A DNA stretch of 64,000 bases from Ignavibacteriales bacterium (lineage in GTDB: Bacteria > Bacteroidota > Ignavibacteria > Ignavibacteriales > Ignavibacteriaceae): positions 10,556 through 74,555 of the forward strand of contig JAAYVN010000041.1 in NCBI GenBank assembly GCA_012517155.1, written 5' to 3'. The position numbers and the translations under genes are program-made. Below the pieces are notes generated by a model, which worked only from the letters and a program-made list of their open reading frames with translations, searched no databases and had not been told where the DNA came from. Shown piece after piece: positions 17,917-27,871 of the stretch. Position 1 is the first letter of the stretch; each line of letters starts with the position of its first letter.

Positions 17917-18917
17917 TTTAATTCATCTCTTAATTCGTTTACTCTCTTTAGACGACCCTGAAGCTTTTGCGATTCATAGGCGGAAAAATTTTTTATCGCC
18001 AGAATTTCATTACACAAAGCAAGTGCTTTTTTATTATCACCAAGCCGCTGATAGTTCTGGGCAATTTTATGCAGAAGGATAACACGCCTGTAATTAGTCA
18101 GTTTGTTTTCCTTCTCAAAAGATGCAAGGACTTCCCGGTACAACGAAATTGCTTTTGCGAAGTCCGAATTCTCGTGCACCCGCGCAAGACTCATCTTAAT
18201 CATTCTTGACGATGGGAAACGAATAATTGCATCGTTGGCAATTTTCAATGCCTCCCGGAAATTCTTCTGTCTTATATATATCCAGACCAGGGAATTAAAA
18301 CCGAGCAGAGCGTTTTTAGAATTACCATAAATCCCTTTTCTGAGATAGTCAATTCCTGTCTGCCGTTCGTCAGTAACAAACGGAAGCCAGTTCAGGAAAT
18401 CGGTTTTATCGCTTTTCCAATATTTATAAGTTCCCAGAGCAATATAAGCATCGGAGAAGTCAGGATCAATTGCAATACATTTCTCGAAGTAACTAACGGC
18501 TTTCAATCCCGAAGAAAGAGCAGAGAGCATACTACCGTTCAGTCCGTTATAGTAAGCCTCAAAACCTTTTACCAGAGCAACGTAGTAGTTGTTCCAGAGG
18601 CTCTCGCTGTCAGTGGATAAAAGCGCATTGGCTTTTTTCATGGCGGCATCGAGGAGGTCTTCAATTTTCTTTTCCTCCAGGGGAAGCCCGTAATCCGAGC
18701 TTTCCAGAATAGTTCCGGCAGCAAGATAAAGATTGCCAAGCGGATTATCCGGATAAGTGCTGCGTATTTTTTCAAAAACCAGTTCTGCCCTGAAATAGTC
18801 CTGGTTAGTCAGATGAACAATACCTGCTTTAACCAGAGAGTCGAGATATTTATCCGGCAGAGACTGAGAGAACAAAGCCGGAGCGAGAAGAAGACATACG
18901 AGGATGAAGAGTTTCAT
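17913..18917 (-). CDS. Exported TPR-repeat protein
   Basis: Signal peptide MKLFILVCLLLAPALFSQ. Multiple TPR-like helical repeats. Confidence 0.7.
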   Translation of the reverse strand: MKLFILVCLLLAPALFSQSLPDKYLDSLVKAGIVHLTNQDYFRAELVFEKIRSTYPDNPLGNLYLAAGTILESSDYGLPLEEKKIEDLLDAAMKKANALLSTDSESLWNNYYVALVKGFEAYYNGLNGSMLSALSSGLKAVSYFEKCIAIDPDFSDAYIALGTYKYWKSDKTDFLNWLPFVTDERQTGIDYLRKGIYGNSKNALLGFNSLVWIYIRQKNFREALKIANDAIIRFPSSRMIKMSLARVHENSDFAKAISLYREVLASFEKENKLTNYRRVILLHKIAQNYQRLGDNKKALALCNEILAIKNFSAYESQKLQGRLKRVNELRDELK

Positions 18918-19556
18918 TTACAGCGTCCCGAAAGTCCTGTCCCCAGCATCCCCAAGCCCCGGAAGAATATAACCTTTGTTATTCAACTGTCTGTCAAATG
19001 CAGCGCAAAAAATCTTCAGGTCAGGATGATTCGAGGTGAGGTTAGTAACCCCTTCCGGACAAGCGACAATACAGGCGAAAATAATTTTCTTTGCTCCCCG
19101 TTCCTTAAGGAACTTCACAGCCTCTGAAGCAGAGCCTCCGGTTGCAAGCATGGGATCAAGAATAATCACCACCGAGTCAATAATCTCCTTTGGGGTTTTG
19201 AAATAGTATTCCACCGGTTTAAGCGTAACCTCGTCGCGCTGAAGACCAATGTGCCCCACTTTGGATTCTGGAATGATTTCGAGAAAACCTGCAACCATTC
19301 CCAAACCCGCACGCAGTACAGGGACGAGAACAACCGACTGGCTTAAAACGTGCCCCACCGTCAGTTCAAGCGGAGTGCGGACATCAATTCGGGTAACCTG
19401 AAACTCCCTGGAGATTTCGTTGGCAAGAATGATAGATATTCTTTTAACCACCGCCCTGAATAACTCCTGAGGAGTATTTTCATCCCTGAGTATCGAGATA
19501 TCCCGCTTAATAAGGGGATGATCAATCAAAAAGAAATTATCCGTATTATTGGACAT
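18918..19556 (-). CDS. upp: Uracil phosphoribosyltransferase
   Basis: VPVLRAGLGM, PRPP loop VIILDPMLATGGS, and the C-terminal YILPGLGDAGDR. Confidence 0.93.
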   Translation of the reverse strand: MSNNTDNFFLIDHPLIKRDISILRDENTPQELFRAVVKRISIILANEISREFQVTRIDVRTPLELTVGHVLSQSVVLVPVLRAGLGMVAGFLEIIPESKVGHIGLQRDEVTLKPVEYYFKTPKEIIDSVVIILDPMLATGGSASEAVKFLKERGAKKIIFACIVACPEGVTNLTSNHPDLKIFCAAFDRQLNNKGYILPGLGDAGDRTFGTL

Positions 19557-19694
19557 GCAAAATCCTGAAATTATTATAATTTGTAACTCAAAATAGCGAT
19601 TTAAAGTTTAACCTCAAATGTAGCAAGTAAACGGTTTGTGAACTTTTTACGTCTATTTTTGTTCAAACTTAAAATAGAATTACAAAAAATAAAA

Positions 19695-21986
19695 ATGATA
19701 AAAAATAATATGTTAAAAAGATATTTAATACCTGTTTTCGTTTTTTTACTGACCATGCAGATCCTTCCCCAAACCGGGAGTATCATGGGAAAAGTGACGG
19801 ACATAATAACCAAACAACCGTTGATAGGGGTGAACGTAGTGATTATCGGAACTACGTTCGGGGGCGCCACGAATATCAGCGGGGAATATACAATATCCAA
19901 TATTCCGGTGGGGACGTACCAGCTTCGTGCCAGTGCGATAGGTTTTGAAAGCCAGACAAAATCGGACGTTACGGTAATTTCAGCCAAGCCGGCGATGATA
20001 GATTTCTCCCTTCAGGAGACCATTCTGGAAATTGACAACGTGGTGGTGACATCGGACTTTTTCCGGAAGCCCCCTACGGAGATCTCAAGTGTGCGCAGTT
20101 TCAGCTATGAAGAGATAAGACGAGCACCGGGTGGATTCGAGGATGTAATAAGGGCTCTTTCCGTACTTCCAGGAGTAGCGCAGGCAGATGCGGGGAGGAA
20201 TGATCTGGTAGTGCGCGGAGGGGCTCCTTCGGAAAACCTCTACCTGGTGGACGGATTTGTGGTCCAGAACATCAATCACTTCGGAACCCAGGGGGCTACT
20301 GGTGGACCGTTAAGTTATATAAACCTTGATTTTGTGAGGGAAACTTCCTTTGCAACCGGTGGTTTTTCAGCAATCTACGGGGATAAATTATCATCCGTAC
20401 TTTCTGTTAATCTGCGGGACGGCAGAAAGGACAAACTCGGGGGAAAATTAACCATTTCCGCATCACAGTTCGGATTGAATCTGGAAGGTCCGGTAGATTC
20501 AAAATCGACTTTCCTCTTCTCGGCAAGACGCAGTTACCTTGACCTGATATTTAAAGCCGCCGGGTTCGGATTCGTGCCGGAGTATTATGATGTTTTAGGG
20601 AAGTACAGTTATGATTTCGATCCGAAAAATTCCCTTTCATTCCTGCTGATAGGAGCGTTTGACAATGTAAGATATTTCAACGATACCGAGGAAAAAAGAA
20701 AGGACAACGCAAGGATACTCGGCAGCAATCAGATGCAGTACATAACCGGATTCTCTTTCCGGCATCTGTTTGACAACGGATTTTACACACTGGCGCTTAG
20801 CAGGAATCTGGTGGATTACGATACCGCCCAGAGGGACACCCTGCAAAACCCTATCTTCCTGAATAAAAGCAAGGAAGAAGAAAATACTTTACGTGCCGAT
20901 ATTATTTTTAAGCTTTCCCCAAAATCGGAAGTCAATTTCGGAGGAAATATACGCCTCATACAATTTGATACGGACATACTACTCCCCTCTTTCAGAACCT
21001 CCTTCGGGGAGATCCTGAATATCACCTCGCTTAAAGACCGCTCGGATTTCTGGAAGTCTGACCTCTTCGCCCTTTACTCCGGGTTTTACTACAACCGCTG
21101 GCGGGTTAATGTGGGGATCCGCGGAGATTATTTTAATGCAATAAGCAATAAGTTCACGGTAAGTCCGCGCTTTTCAACTTCATATCTGTTATCCGATGTA
21201 ACGGAAGTGAGTTTTTCCACAGGTATATACTATCAGAATCCCTCTTATATATGGTTAATTGCGGATAATTCAAACAGAGACCTTAAGCAAATAAAAGTAA
21301 ACCAGTACATACTGGGACTTGATCAGAGAATCCGGAATGATATTAATCTGAAAGTGGAAGGATTTTACAAGGACTACTCCAACTATCCGGCAAGTGTATT
21401 AAGACCATATCTGGTACTTGCCAACACCGGAGCGGGTTTTGCCGGTTCGGACGACAATTTCAGCGCATTTGGACTGGAAACCCTTGTGAGTGAAGGGAGC
21501 GGATATGCAAGAGGAGTCGAACTCTCCATGCAGAAAAAGTCAGCCGGAACGAACCACTACGGAATACTTTCCCTAACCTACAGCGAGTCCCGGTTCAAGG
21601 CGCTGGACGGTGTAGAAAGAAAAGGAAGTTACGAGCAGAACTGGATAGTGAATCTGAGTGCGGGATATATATTCAACGAAAAGTGGGAAGCAAGTCTGAA
21701 ATTCAGATTTGCGACCGGGCGACCTTACACCCCTTACAATCCTGACGGAACACAATCAGTTGCGAACTTCAACACGAAGAAATTCCCCGAGACCCACTCG
21801 CTGGACATACGCATTGACAGGAGATGGAACTTTAACAACTGGACACTGATAACGTACATAGACATACAGAACATATACAACCGGAACAACTCCTCCACCA
21901 TCAGGTGGGACTATGAGAAGATGCAGGTGGCAGAAAGCTCAAGTATCGGAATCCTCCCGTCAATCGGGATAAGTCTGGAAATATAG
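19695..21986 (+). CDS. TonB-dependent receptor with an N-terminal CarboxypepD_reg domain
   Basis: GSIMGKVTD...PLIGVNVVI...YTISNIPVGTYQLRASAIGF, then plug and beta-barrel. The ORF opens at 19638, but the ATG at 19695 gives a plausible signal peptide. Confidence 0.85.
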   Translation: MIKNNMLKRYLIPVFVFLLTMQILPQTGSIMGKVTDIITKQPLIGVNVVIIGTTFGGATNISGEYTISNIPVGTYQLRASAIGFESQTKSDVTVISAKPAMIDFSLQETILEIDNVVVTSDFFRKPPTEISSVRSFSYEEIRRAPGGFEDVIRALSVLPGVAQADAGRNDLVVRGGAPSENLYLVDGFVVQNINHFGTQGATGGPLSYINLDFVRETSFATGGFSAIYGDKLSSVLSVNLRDGRKDKLGGKLTISASQFGLNLEGPVDSKSTFLFSARRSYLDLIFKAAGFGFVPEYYDVLGKYSYDFDPKNSLSFLLIGAFDNVRYFNDTEEKRKDNARILGSNQMQYITGFSFRHLFDNGFYTLALSRNLVDYDTAQRDTLQNPIFLNKSKEEENTLRADIIFKLSPKSEVNFGGNIRLIQFDTDILLPSFRTSFGEILNITSLKDRSDFWKSDLFALYSGFYYNRWRVNVGIRGDYFNAISNKFTVSPRFSTSYLLSDVTEVSFSTGIYYQNPSYIWLIADNSNRDLKQIKVNQYILGLDQRIRNDINLKVEGFYKDYSNYPASVLRPYLVLANTGAGFAGSDDNFSAFGLETLVSEGSGYARGVELSMQKKSAGTNHYGILSLTYSESRFKALDGVERKGSYEQNWIVNLSAGYIFNEKWEASLKFRFATGRPYTPYNPDGTQSVANFNTKKFPETHSLDIRIDRRWNFNNWTLITYIDIQNIYNRNNSSTIRWDYEKMQVAESSSIGILPSIGISLEI

Positions 21987-22021
21987 GAAAGAATGTGCTA
22001 CAAGCTGCGCCGGCATTAAGT

Positions 22022-22048
22022 CGTTTATAACGTTTGTAACGTTTGTAA
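22022..22048. repeat. Three tandem 9-mers CGTTT(A/G)TAA
   Basis: Read directly: cgtttataa cgtttgtaa cgtttgtaa. Confidence 0.8.
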
Positions 22049-22076
22049 CGGAAGAAGACAGGAAAAGGGTTGATTT

Positions 22077-22094
22077 GTTCCCGCAAGCGGGAAC
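22077..22094. repeat. GC-rich palindrome GTTCCCGC-AA-GCGGGAAC, a member of the dispersed repeat family
   Basis: Perfect 8-nt arms. With its left flank gggttgatttgtt it is near-identical to 30589-30616. Confidence 0.75.
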
Positions 22095-22205
22095 AGAAAT
22101 CCCTTCACTATTTACTGTTCACTCCTTTTATTTTACCGCGGGGCAGTTGGAAAATAGCTTTGTATGTAGTAATTTTTGGTATATGTTTATTCAGTTAATT
22201 TCGTA

Positions 22206-24278
22206 ATGAAGCTATTTCAAAATCCGTTTGTAAAAATTAACAAAATCGCCCGAATAATCAATCTCCCGGATTACACCAAATTCCTGATTATTTCAGTGTT
22301 TATAGGGGGGGCGGTAGGATTTGCGGCGGTTATTTTTCACCGGTCAATAGAATTTTTCAACCGTTTATTCTTTGAGCAGACAGCCGGGGGACTATATTTC
22401 CTCGGAGCTGCGGCAGTGATCACCATTCCGGCAATCGGTATGCTGATACAGGCGCTAATGATACGGCTATTCCCGGAGATTTCGAAGCACCGTGGAGTGC
22501 CGGAGATCATAAAGACCGTCTCAGTCCAGGGGGGAAGAATTCCGCTTAGGACCACCATATTCCATTTCCTTGCACCGGTTATATGTATCGGATCGGGGGG
22601 AACGGTTGGACCTGAGGGACCCGCTGCGCAGCTGGGGGGGGGAGTAGCAAATAAACTAAGCAGTGTAATCGGCATGGGGGATCAGCGGCGCAGGATATTC
22701 ACTGCGGCGGGGGCAGGGGCGGCAATAGCAGCTATTTTCAACTCCCCGCTCGGAGGAATTTTCTTCGCGCTCGAAATTATAATGCTGAACAATTTTCAAT
22801 CCACCACCTTTTCCGCACTCATACTATCCTCCGTAACCGCAAGTTCAATATCGCGCATCTTCATACGGAACACCTCCGTCTTTGAATTTGGCATACCGGA
22901 CGTTGGTGGGTACCGTTATCTCCATTTATTCGCAATCATGGGGGTAGCAATCGGACTTATTTCCCTGATGTTCATTAGATACTCCCTCTTTTCGGATAAG
23001 ATCATAAAAAAGAAATTATTAGGGCGCGTGCCACAGTGGGCGCTTATGGTGATAGTGGGACTGATAGTCGGAACCACGGGATTCTTCTACAAGGATATAC
23101 TCGGAATTGGTTACGAAGGAATAAACAACATACTAGCCGGCAGGAACAGTCTGCAGATAGTTGCGGTGCTGCTGGTAATGAAATTCATACTTGTCCCGCT
23201 GATACTCAACTCCGGGGGATTCGGAGGTATGTTCGCCCCGGCATTATTCATGGGGGCTTGTTCGGGCTTTTTATTTTCCCAGTTTCTCATACATGTATGG
23301 GGTATACAGGTGGATCCGACCACATTCATCCTTGTGGGTATGGGGGCAATGCTGGGAGGAATCAATTCAATCCCGATCTCAGCGATACTGATAATATTCG
23401 AAATGACGCGGGACTACTCCTTCATCCTGCCGCTTATGCTGGCGGTGGTAATCAGCACTATGATAATCCAGATATCCTACAAAGGCTCTATTCACACGCA
23501 TCATTTGAGGCAGCAGGGGTACAGGCTGAACAACTCGGAAGATCATGCAATACTTAACCGGATTAAAATATCCGAGGTCATGAAACCGCGTATCATGCTG
23601 ATTGACTGCAGCACTCCCCTGCCTATGTTGCTCACAGAAATGGTAAACAGCCAGGCGGATACTTTTTACCTGAAAAACAATCAGGGAAGGATCAACGGAG
23701 TTATCACCTCACAGATGCTGAGACCTATACTAACCGAGTTCAACCAGTTGAAGGATGTGCTTATTGCGGAAGATCTCGCTTCGAAGGATATTGTGTTAGT
23801 TACCGGGGATGACACGCTCGATTCGGTGATGAAATTGTTTGAGAAGAAAGATTACGATGAATTCCCTGTGATTGCAGGGGTAGAGGAGCCCGGCTCTGCT
23901 CAACGCGTTTTGGGAGTTATCAGGCGTAAGGATGTAATAGCCGCATACAACAAGGAGCGGATAAAGCTAAATCTGGCGGACAGCTTTGCAACCGAATTGA
24001 AAACCATCGAAAAGGAAGAGAGATCCAAAGTTGCAGACGGATACTCGATAATGGTGATCAATCCGCCGGCAGAATTTTTAGGGAGTACACTGGCGGAGTT
24101 GAACATACGCAACCGGTTCGGGCTGGAGGTACTGATGATAAAGAAGCCGGTTGATCCTTATTCAGATGAGTTGGAAAAGATCATACAGCCTGCGGGGGAT
24201 TACGTAGTTAGCGAGGGGGACAACCTGTATATATTCGGGAAAGACGAGAACCTGAAAGCGGTAACAAGGGAACAGTAA
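22206..24278 (+). CDS. ClC-family chloride channel/antiporter with cytoplasmic CBS pair and TrkA-C (RCK_C) domain
   Basis: GSGGTVGPEGPAAQLG and GGFGGMFAPALFMG selectivity motifs. C-terminal CBS-like and RCK_C-like segments. The ORF opens at 22176; the ATG at 22206 is preferred. Confidence 0.88.
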   Translation: MKLFQNPFVKINKIARIINLPDYTKFLIISVFIGGAVGFAAVIFHRSIEFFNRLFFEQTAGGLYFLGAAAVITIPAIGMLIQALMIRLFPEISKHRGVPEIIKTVSVQGGRIPLRTTIFHFLAPVICIGSGGTVGPEGPAAQLGGGVANKLSSVIGMGDQRRRIFTAAGAGAAIAAIFNSPLGGIFFALEIIMLNNFQSTTFSALILSSVTASSISRIFIRNTSVFEFGIPDVGGYRYLHLFAIMGVAIGLISLMFIRYSLFSDKIIKKKLLGRVPQWALMVIVGLIVGTTGFFYKDILGIGYEGINNILAGRNSLQIVAVLLVMKFILVPLILNSGGFGGMFAPALFMGACSGFLFSQFLIHVWGIQVDPTTFILVGMGAMLGGINSIPISAILIIFEMTRDYSFILPLMLAVVISTMIIQISYKGSIHTHHLRQQGYRLNNSEDHAILNRIKISEVMKPRIMLIDCSTPLPMLLTEMVNSQADTFYLKNNQGRINGVITSQMLRPILTEFNQLKDVLIAEDLASKDIVLVTGDDTLDSVMKLFEKKDYDEFPVIAGVEEPGSAQRVLGVIRRKDVIAAYNKERIKLNLADSFATELKTIEKEERSKVADGYSIMVINPPAEFLGSTLAELNIRNRFGLEVLMIKKPVDPYSDELEKIIQPAGDYVVSEGDNLYIFGKDENLKAVTREQ

Positions 24279-24385
24279 AGGGTTATTTGTCGATTTGTTG
24301 ATTTGTTAAAGTGACAAAAAAGTCGAAGGTCGGAAAAAAGATCAAAAGATTAAAAGATAATCCGCCTGCGGCGGAGGATGAATTT

Positions 24386-24409
24386 CCCTCCCGAAAACTT
24401 TCGGGAGGG
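24386..24409. terminator. Perfect 11-bp-arm hairpin between convergent genes (probable bidirectional terminator)
   Basis: ccctcccgaaa-ac-tttcgggaggg. A second hairpin tccgcc-tgc-ggcgga lies at 24361-24375. Confidence 0.6.
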
Positions 24410-24445
24410 ATTGAAAAGGGGGTTTTAAATTTTTTGGGTTATGAT

Positions 24446-25558
24446 TTATTTAACCAGCAACAACTTCTTTATGCTTCTGAAATCTCCTGCCCGTAATTCG
24501 CAGAAATATACCCCGCTCGGCAATGCGGTCGCTTTGAATTCCAGACTGTGATAACCTGCCGCATTCATCTCCCCATTGATAAGCGTGGATACTTTTTCTC
24601 CCGTAATGTTGAATACTTCAAGCGTCACTCTCGCTTCAACCGGCAACTGATAGCTGATAACCGTTGAAGGATTGAAGGGATTCGAGTAGTTCTGCTTCAG
24701 TCCAAATGCAAGCGGCTGCAGTTCCTCGTCTTCTACTGAACTTATTGGAAGTACTATCTCCCTGATTCTCCCGGGAATGGCAAATGATCCGTATCCAAGC
24801 AGCGTGAGGTCAATTCTGTTAGCCGGAGTTTCTCTTCTTATTTCCCACTCGTTCAGGGCGAACCATACATAGGTCACTTCCGTGAAAATGGGTATTACCA
24901 GCGGCGGGAATGGCGGCGGAAATATCTGGGTTGTATAGGATATTGTTATGTTTTCCTGGAATTTTTTGCAGTCGAAGGCGCCATAATCGGTGAATATTAT
25001 TTCGTCGTTCAGCCGCTTCTCTTTAAGATCAAATCTGAGCGGAATTGTGTTGTTGTTGATTGTTACGGTGGTATCGAACTGGAATATCAGGTATTCCTGG
25101 TTGACGGTTCTTTGAAAGTCGTACATGCCGTACCAGTTTTCAAACCGCTTCAGCAGGGAGTAGAATTCAAGTAATGTAGCAATGTACTGCCCATATCCGG
25201 TGGTATCAAATTGTCCGATCAGCGCTTCAATCGAGGGGACTCTGAAAAAGACGCTACCTACAGAACCGTTCAGATTTACGTAGTTTGTGTCCGTGTAGGG
25301 TTGCATCTGAATGGTCTGAAGCAAGCCGGTTTTTGAAAGTATGTGTTTTGCGTTAAGACCATGGTACACTCCTTCGGCAGCAAGGGAGTCCATTGAGTAA
25401 GTGATCAGGCTGTCCACGGGGTTATCCAGGGTATCCAGGGGTATCTGCTTAAAGGTCCATACTTTCCCGAGCGCCGGGGGAAAATAATTTGATGCCTGGG
25501 CAAATAATCCCGACACAAGAAACAGGGAGATTACTATAATGGAAACAGACTTTTGCAT
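24446..25558 (-). CDS. Secreted protein with a T9SS type-A C-terminal sorting domain
   Basis: Signal peptide. The C-terminal ~80 aa NYSNPFNPSTVISYQLP...VTLEVFNITGEKV...SGVYFCELRAGDF...KKLLLVK matches the Por_Secre_tail pattern. Confidence 0.85.
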   Translation of the reverse strand: MQKSVSIIVISLFLVSGLFAQASNYFPPALGKVWTFKQIPLDTLDNPVDSLITYSMDSLAAEGVYHGLNAKHILSKTGLLQTIQMQPYTDTNYVNLNGSVGSVFFRVPSIEALIGQFDTTGYGQYIATLLEFYSLLKRFENWYGMYDFQRTVNQEYLIFQFDTTVTINNNTIPLRFDLKEKRLNDEIIFTDYGAFDCKKFQENITISYTTQIFPPPFPPLVIPIFTEVTYVWFALNEWEIRRETPANRIDLTLLGYGSFAIPGRIREIVLPISSVEDEELQPLAFGLKQNYSNPFNPSTVISYQLPVEARVTLEVFNITGEKVSTLINGEMNAAGYHSLEFKATALPSGVYFCELRAGDFRSIKKLLLVK

Positions 25559-25576
25559 TTGACTTTTCCTTTCCGG

Positions 25577-25996
25577 TTAATTAGTTCGTCTTATACTAAC
25601 AATTAAATTAGCGGAAAATTGGTTCATTCTACACGATACAAATTTTATCCTGCTAATCCCTTCATAAAAAAATTGTATGCGGAAGTTATCACTCCCCTTC
25701 TTTTCGACAATAGCAGTCCCATCCTCGGAGATCATCACAATATCCACTTCCCCGCCCCGGTAATTCTCCACTCCGATATCTATCAGGCTTGCAGTGGAGA
25801 GTAATCTGAGGCTGTCCAGATAAGTTACGGTAAATTCCTCCGCTTCGATTTTGAAGTTGTAATAATTCCTGTAATTATCCCGCACCGCAAGGTTTTTAAC
25901 GCCTATCAGTGTCCCCGGAGAGATGACTTCCTCCCTGCAGGATATAAAGCAAAAAGTAATAACGGGTATCAGAAGTGCTTTGAGTATTTTATCCAT
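25577..25996 (-). CDS. Hypothetical lipoprotein
   Basis: The ATG at 25996 gives MDKILKALLIPVITFCFISC (lipobox-like). It lies 18 nt upstream of the T9SS cargo gene. Confidence 0.55.
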   Translation of the reverse strand: MDKILKALLIPVITFCFISCREEVISPGTLIGVKNLAVRDNYRNYYNFKIEAEEFTVTYLDSLRLLSTASLIDIGVENYRGGEVDIVMISEDGTAIVEKKGSDNFRIQFFYEGISRIKFVSCRMNQFSANLIVSIRRTN

Positions 25997-26177
25997 GCCG
26001 AATTTCTCAGGTCTGCCAAGTTTGATTTTTATAAACACATTTTTACAACGACTGCTTTACAAAAATATAAATTTACCGGAGAATATAATAACCAAAAATT
26101 ATTAGCGAAAATTGAAAAAGGGGGAAGAGATATAAATTTTTTGTATATTACCGTATAAGAAAAATATTAATAATAAT

Positions 26178-26684
26178 ATGAAAATAGCAACTTATCCGGG
26201 AACATTTGATCCCGTAACAAACGGACATATAGACATCATTCGCCGGGGGATGGAGATATTCGACAGGATAATCGTAACCGTAGCCAGGAACACAACCAAA
26301 ACCACTCTTTTTTCACCCGCTGAACGGCTTGATCTGCTGAGGAAAAGTCTTTCGGGAATGACCAACGTTGAGGTGGTTTCTTTTGCAGGGCTGGTTGTGG
26401 AGCATGCGAAATCGGTAGGTGCGGTGGCTGTTTTAAGGGGGCTTAGAGCGGTGAGTGATTTTGAATACGAGTTTCAGATGGCTTTGATGAACCGCAAACT
26501 TGCACCCGAAATCAATACCGTTTTCCTTATGCCCAACGAGAAATATACTTACCTGAATTCTTCCATTATCAGAAGTCTTAGTGAGTTTGATGCCGATATA
26601 AATGACTTTGTACCAAAGGTGGTTGCTGATGCACTCAAGAAAAAAATAATGAAAAAACAAGCTACAATGAAAGGGAAGAAATGA
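26178..26684 (+). CDS. coaD: Phosphopantetheine adenylyltransferase
   Basis: YPGTFDPVTNGHIDII, RGLRAVSDFEYE. Confidence 0.93.
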   Translation: MKIATYPGTFDPVTNGHIDIIRRGMEIFDRIIVTVARNTTKTTLFSPAERLDLLRKSLSGMTNVEVVSFAGLVVEHAKSVGAVAVLRGLRAVSDFEYEFQMALMNRKLAPEINTVFLMPNEKYTYLNSSIIRSLSEFDADINDFVPKVVADALKKKIMKKQATMKGKK

Positions 26685-27871
26685 AAGAACTTTCGCACCT
26701 GGTTTCAACTGTTGAGGAAAGCAGAACACTTGCTATTACGGCTTTGATTAAAAAACTTAAAAGCGAGGGGAAAAAAGTACTCAGTTTCAGTGCGGGGGAG
26801 CCGGATTTCAATACTCCCGCTTTTATTAAAGAGGCAGGGATTGAGGCAATAAACAATAACTACACCCGCTATACAGCCAGCGAGGGATCGCCGGAACTGA
26901 TCAGGGCGGTAATAAGCAAATTCAAAAATGACAACGGGCTTGACTTTGCTCCGGAAAATATTCTGATATCGAACGGGGCAAAACATTCAATTTATAACGT
27001 GATTCTCTCCGTGTGCAACCCGGGGGATGAGGTTATTATCCAGTCCCCTTACTGGGTTAGTTATCCGGAAATAATTAAACTTGCCGGGGCTAAATGCGTA
27101 CTGATTGACGCCGGTCCGAAGGCGCATTATAAAATTACCCCTTTGCAGCTTGAGCGGGCTATTACCCCGAAGACCAAGGCGTTCATTTTCAACTCCCCCT
27201 CCAATCCAACCGGAGCGGTATATTCAAAGGAGGAGATTTATGCATTAGCCGAAGTTCTGAAGGACAAGGGAATTTATGTAATAAGCGATGAGATTTATGA
27301 AAAGATACTCTTCGACGGAAGAACTCACTTCCCGATGGCAACCATTCCGTGGATGCACAACTATGTAATTACAGTTAACGGAGTGAGCAAAGCATTTGCA
27401 ATGACCGGCTGGCGTATCGGTTTTGCGGCAGGTCCGAAGGAAATTATACGTCTGGCAAGGAATCTGCAGAGCCATTCAACTTCCAATCCTAATTCCATAG
27501 CCCAGGCTGCCTCGGTTGCAGCGCTTACTAAGGAAGTTGCCGAACTGCCGGAGATGGTCGCGGAATTCCGGAAGCGAAGGGATTTTATAGTCGGTGAACT
27601 TAACAAAATAAACGGAATATTCTGCCCGCCGATAGACGGCGCATTTTATGCTTTCTTTGATGTTAGCTGCTTCTATGGAAAACAATGGAAGAATACGCTG
27701 ATAAACGACTCGGGAACATTTTGCGGATTCCTGCTGGAAGAGGCACAAATAGGGCTGGTACCCGGTATTGCATTTGGGAATGACAATTGCGTAAGGATGT
27801 CCTTCGCCTGCTCCATGGAGGATTTGCGGAAAGGTGTTACGATTCTGAGGGAATCCTTAGATTCGCTTTAA
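26681..27871 (+). CDS. PLP-dependent aminotransferase, class I (aspartate aminotransferase-like)
   Basis: GEPDFNTP, SNPTGAVY, NGVSKAFAMTGWRIGF (PLP lysine). Confidence 0.88.
   Translation: MKELSHLVSTVEESRTLAITALIKKLKSEGKKVLSFSAGEPDFNTPAFIKEAGIEAINNNYTRYTASEGSPELIRAVISKFKNDNGLDFAPENILISNGAKHSIYNVILSVCNPGDEVIIQSPYWVSYPEIIKLAGAKCVLIDAGPKAHYKITPLQLERAITPKTKAFIFNSPSNPTGAVYSKEEIYALAEVLKDKGIYVISDEIYEKILFDGRTHFPMATIPWMHNYVITVNGVSKAFAMTGWRIGFAAGPKEIIRLARNLQSHSTSNPNSIAQAASVAALTKEVAELPEMVAEFRKRRDFIVGELNKINGIFCPPIDGAFYAFFDVSCFYGKQWKNTLINDSGTFCGFLLEEAQIGLVPGIAFGNDNCVRMSFACSMEDLRKGVTILRESLDSL

Noticed and set aside
19601-19987. 128-aa minus-strand ORF
   Set aside because: It is antisense to the start of the TonB-dependent receptor gene, has no motifs, and is a shadow ORF.
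22022-22048. Short tandem repeats here, and at 264-297 and 30262-30409, as a CRISPR array
   Set aside because: The units are 9-12 nt and directly abutting, with no 25-40 nt repeats separated by unique spacers. No cas genes are in the window.
21987-22205. Fluoride or other riboswitch upstream of the ClC channel gene
   Set aside because: I could not find the conserved crcB-motif elements. The channel is a long CBS/RCK-bearing ClC rather than the short ClC-F type. The spacer is explained by the repeat element.
24311-24496. 61-aa ORF (MTKKSKVGKKIKRLK...)
   Set aside because: It lies entirely in the repeat/hairpin spacer and runs into the 3' end of the convergent T9SS cargo gene. Its composition is low-complexity and reflects the A/G-rich repeat.
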